The position numbers and the translations under genes are program-made. This document shows, piece by piece, positions 60,151 through 64,000 of a stretch of DNA of 64,000 bases. Numbering within the stretch: the stretch's first letter is position 1; every line of letters starts with the position of its first letter. Source of the DNA: Eledone cirrhosa (Eukaryota); contig OZ024742.1 in assembly GCA_964016885.1 (NCBI GenBank), positions 47,368,001 to 47,432,000 of the forward strand. The letters run 5' to 3'. The notes below the pieces were generated by a model. That model made no database searches and had not been told where the DNA came from. It was given only the letters and a program-made list of their open reading frames with translations.

Positions 60151-62277
60151 TATATATATAATATTAGGTAAGAAGCGAAATTGTAACTGCCATATAGCAG
60201 GTAATAATCGAGTTGTTTGAAGCAATGACAAAGAAGGCAAAAGAGCGGTATGTTAATACATTACGGTCTGGAGTAAACACAACATTTAAAATGTGTAACA
60301 CCAAGAGAAACGACCGAAGGCAGTGGCCATACATATACCACCACAACGATAAATACAGAAAGGTTGAAAACGTACCTGTATCATGCCATAATGATTAAAA
60401 TCTATATAATCGATAAAAAGGTGATAAGTTTCTCGAACTCCTGGAAGTTATATAACAAGTTGCATAATGACCATGCAATGCATGCGTGCTCTTCAACGAT
60501 GAACCCGGAGATCCCTTCATTAGCAGGCTTTGTCTTCTATGTCGAAAGTTTGGTCTGAGAGCCGAGGCATTCTCACCATTGTAGTAATCCTGCCTGATAT
60601 CACATATATACTAAAACGACCCCTCCCCCCTATGCAGCTAGTGTTCCAGCTTGAACATTCGATCCATAGGTGGGTCAGTTTTAGTGTATATGTGGTATTG
60701 TATATTTGGTGTTATACTATGGTCGGTCTCTTCATAAGCAGAGTGTTAATAATAATTATGAGTAGGAAAATGGTGTCAAAGTATAAAAAATATTTTTATT
60801 CACGTGTTCACGATTGATCAGATAAAGGTACGATCCTTAAAGAATCCACGATTCTGATGGGCTATTGATTGCAGAGCGGGGCACGATAACACAGAACGTA
60901 CTTTGAGCTGATCAATTGCGAAACGCACGTCAAAAGTGAATAATTATATTGATGATAAATTGACACCTCGATCTTACTCATTATTTTTTTTTTCTCATTG
61001 TCGACGGATGTATTGACATCGGCTCTAGAATGTTGTTTTTAAGATGTTTTCAATTCCTTGTTGTGGAAACTTTCGTCGTTAACTGTTGATAACCTCACAA
61101 ATATTGCTCTCTATAAAGGATATTCCGTAATATTTGGGCCTTCGACCCAAATATTTGAACTTTATTCTTAAAAATCTTTTGTCAAAAATATGGACGGAAT
61201 AGCCCCACCCCCAATGTTAAACCCGATGTCACGTGAGAGTGGTTGAACCATTGACACCGCTTCCATCACCACCACCACCAACACCATCACTCTAATGAAT
61301 GGGACATTTTCCACTGGTGTCACCACCTGTTGAATGGAGAGTGGACATGCCATGGCGGATGTTGCGAAGACATGCGCTGTGGTTTCATCCCCAAACTTTA
61401 GTGGTGGTTTCATTGAGTAGGCCTTCGGAGAGTTTTGAAATTTCTTTCACTTGTTGGCCGAAATAATTGGATATTTCCTCACTGAAGTAGGCTATGAACC
61501 GTAATAATTCTCCAAAATTCTATCATCAAATCATATATTGTATGCTATTAAATGTAAAGTATGGAACGGATATTACACAGGACAAACCAAATAGAACCTC
61601 AGAAACAGAAAGATTCGTCACCAAATATTACGACCCCAGATATCCCTTAATAGATATCACTTATGGGGACATTTAGACATATGTGCAAGAAATAAATTCG
61701 CTAAATCTCAAGTCTTTCCACTTTAACTTTATCCAGAAAATATCACACACGAATCAAGAATAAATAAATAAAGTATATTTTTTCAAAAATACAAACAACA
61801 TCTGAACGAATTCTAACAAAAAACATTGCAAATAGACTGAAGCTGGTGGAAGATCTTCCTCCATCAGGCTACATTTTTAAAGCAGTTAATCTGATGGGGT
61901 GCGTATAGTATTAGCGCGCATTGCACTGTAGTGGATTACAGAACAATCTCTATCTTCCAGGCAGTTACGTAACTGCATTGAAAGACGTGTTAATACATTT
62001 CCAGCATAAATATATTTCTCTTCGATATTCAGTAAGTCTTGCCTAATTGGTCCTGATTCCCAATCTATATTATATTATATTGCTTCGTGTATTGGTTATT
62101 GGAACCTATATATCATACTCGGTGAATAACCTGAACCAGATATTTAATATTTAATATTCCGTAGAATAGGTTGAGTTAAACTCTATGGTGAACTGCTTCA
62201 ATTTTTGTTACCTACATTCAAAATAAAAGACAATAGCGTATACTGCCTAAATAATGCGAAAATCAACACTCTATCTT

Positions 62278-62391
<114 letters not shown>

Positions 62392-62784
62392 AACTGAAAC
62401 CTATCAATATTTATTGGTACACCTGTAAAGGACTTTGACGTACGCATGTAAATTGATTTAGAGAAATGAGTTCCAAATTTATTGAAATTATTTTGGTCTT
62501 CCTTAACAAATACTAAGAATTAATTCTTGGTTTTGTATTCTTTTGCCAATAAAGAGGGAAATTTCAGTTTATTAAGAATGTTTGCATTCATCATTCATCA
62601 CATCGCCATTACAATATTTATCTCAAATTATGCCATTAGCGTACTTGCATTATTGAATATTTAATGCACGTTCCTTTTACTCTACTGCCAAGTAATCGCA
62701 GTATTCTTCCTTAATAGTTTAACTCATTGTAACCACAAACACATACACATATTCTCCCTGTACACACACGCACACACATGCACG

Positions 62785-62851
<67 letters not shown>

Positions 62852-62980
62852 TTAGATCGATATACAACAATATCGGCTTGCTGCACCGTAACCACACCAT
62901 GAATAATTACTGCGAATATACTGTTTTTCATGAGGCACTATGAAGAAAATAATATTATGGATACAATATCTTTTTAATAA

Positions 62981-64000
62981 CACTGTGTAATATATCTTTT
63001 GTTCCCCGGTTCTAAATGTCATTTCCTGGTTTCTTATATCCCATTATTATGAAAAACACTATTATTTAATGAGACGTTTGGATTTGTGGTCAGGAGTTTG
63101 ATATTTTAAAATCTCATATTTTTCAAGTAAAATCTCATTTAAAAAAACATTTTGAGTTCATATAATTAAATCAACAGAGTATATATTTATTTTATTACAC
63201 AAGCTTATCAAAAGCAAACAAGTAAAAACAAATACCACTTATAAAGCAACTTATACACGTCATAAATGACTGGATTTCCTGGATTTGCGGTTGTAGTCCA
63301 GGTCACATTCCCGCACTAGCCGCCAGATATAGTCTCCCATCATTTTTTCATTGTAGTGGCCCTGGGCCCTCCGCTCTATCTCTTTCACATCTTGGTGGAA
63401 TCGTTCGCCTTGTTCTTCTGAGTAGGCGCCCATATTATCCTTGATTTTTCCCAGGTGAGCGTCCAGTATATGGAGCTTAAGCAACATGCTGCACCCCATT
63501 GCGCCAAAAGCCTTTATCAGATCCTGCACCAGATGCTGGTAGTTTCAGCTCTCTAGTTGCCCAGGAAGCCCTTCACAACTGCCTTGAAACACTTCCATGC
63601 TGTTCTCTCAATCCTATTGAGTTTATTGGAGAACTCGGTAGACTCAAATTCCACCTTTGATTCTGACCTCAGATAACTTGGGGAAGAACTCAAGAAAGTA
63701 CTTAAAACGGCTGAATCTTGGTTTAGAGCCCTCACAAACTTCTTCATCAACCTCAACTTAATGTGCAGTGGCGGCATGAGCACAATCATTGGATCAACCA
63801 GTGGCTCCCACATGACGTTCCGGGTCCCAACTACAAATTCTGTTCGCTGCTCCCAGTTCTTTGTTTTGTAGTGGTCAGACGTGGCTCTGCTGTCCCAAAG
63901 GCAGAGGAAGCATTGGAATTTGATAAAGCCTCCTTGGAGTCCAAGCAGGAAAACCACCATGTTGAAGTCTCCAATGATTTCCCAATTGTACTGGTTGTAT
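62981..64000 (-). mobile_element. 3' end of a Chapaev3-like (CMC) DNA transposon
   Basis: Terminus TAA|CACTGTGTAA...TTTTGTTCC just downstream of a transposase remnant; family assignment from remembered motifs. Confidence 0.7.
63260..64000 (-). pseudogene. Chapaev3-like DDE transposase C-terminal half, disrupted
   Basis: IIGDFNMV..LLGLQGG..CFLCLWDSR, PPLHIKL, FLGN*, KLHILDAH, SEEQGERFHQD, MMGDYIW. Confidence 0.8.

Noticed and set aside
61140-61480. GC-richer segment as a host exon
   Set aside because: No recognisable domain or convincing splice structure; cannot be excluded without RNA-seq.

Overview
AT-rich, microsatellite-dense animal genomic DNA with no recognisable host gene. The SINE and RTE repeat types suggest a coleoid cephalopod, but that is inference. 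Most of the window is retroelement sequence sitting in (TA)n tracts. It holds an uninterrupted RTE-clade LINE (APE+RT), a non-autonomous LTR element with a tRNA-Trp-like PBS, and two unrelated lineages of Penelope-like elements (PLE; RT plus C-terminal GIY-YIG) in inverted or tandem arrangements. It also holds a 5'-inverted L1/Tx1-type relic, an RTE relic, tRNA-type SINEs with TSDs, and the end of a Chapaev3-like transposon. The main signal not captured by the ORF track is about 20 type-I hammerhead ribozyme cores (CUGANGA...GAAA...UH, many with checkable stems) plus several half or decayed ones. They belong to the two PLE lineages and to several non-coding 0.2-1.3 kb mini-element families that form fold-back palindromes, including a 525-bp hammerhead-delimited, retrozyme-like array. 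All structures were read by eye; no folding, alignment or database search was run.
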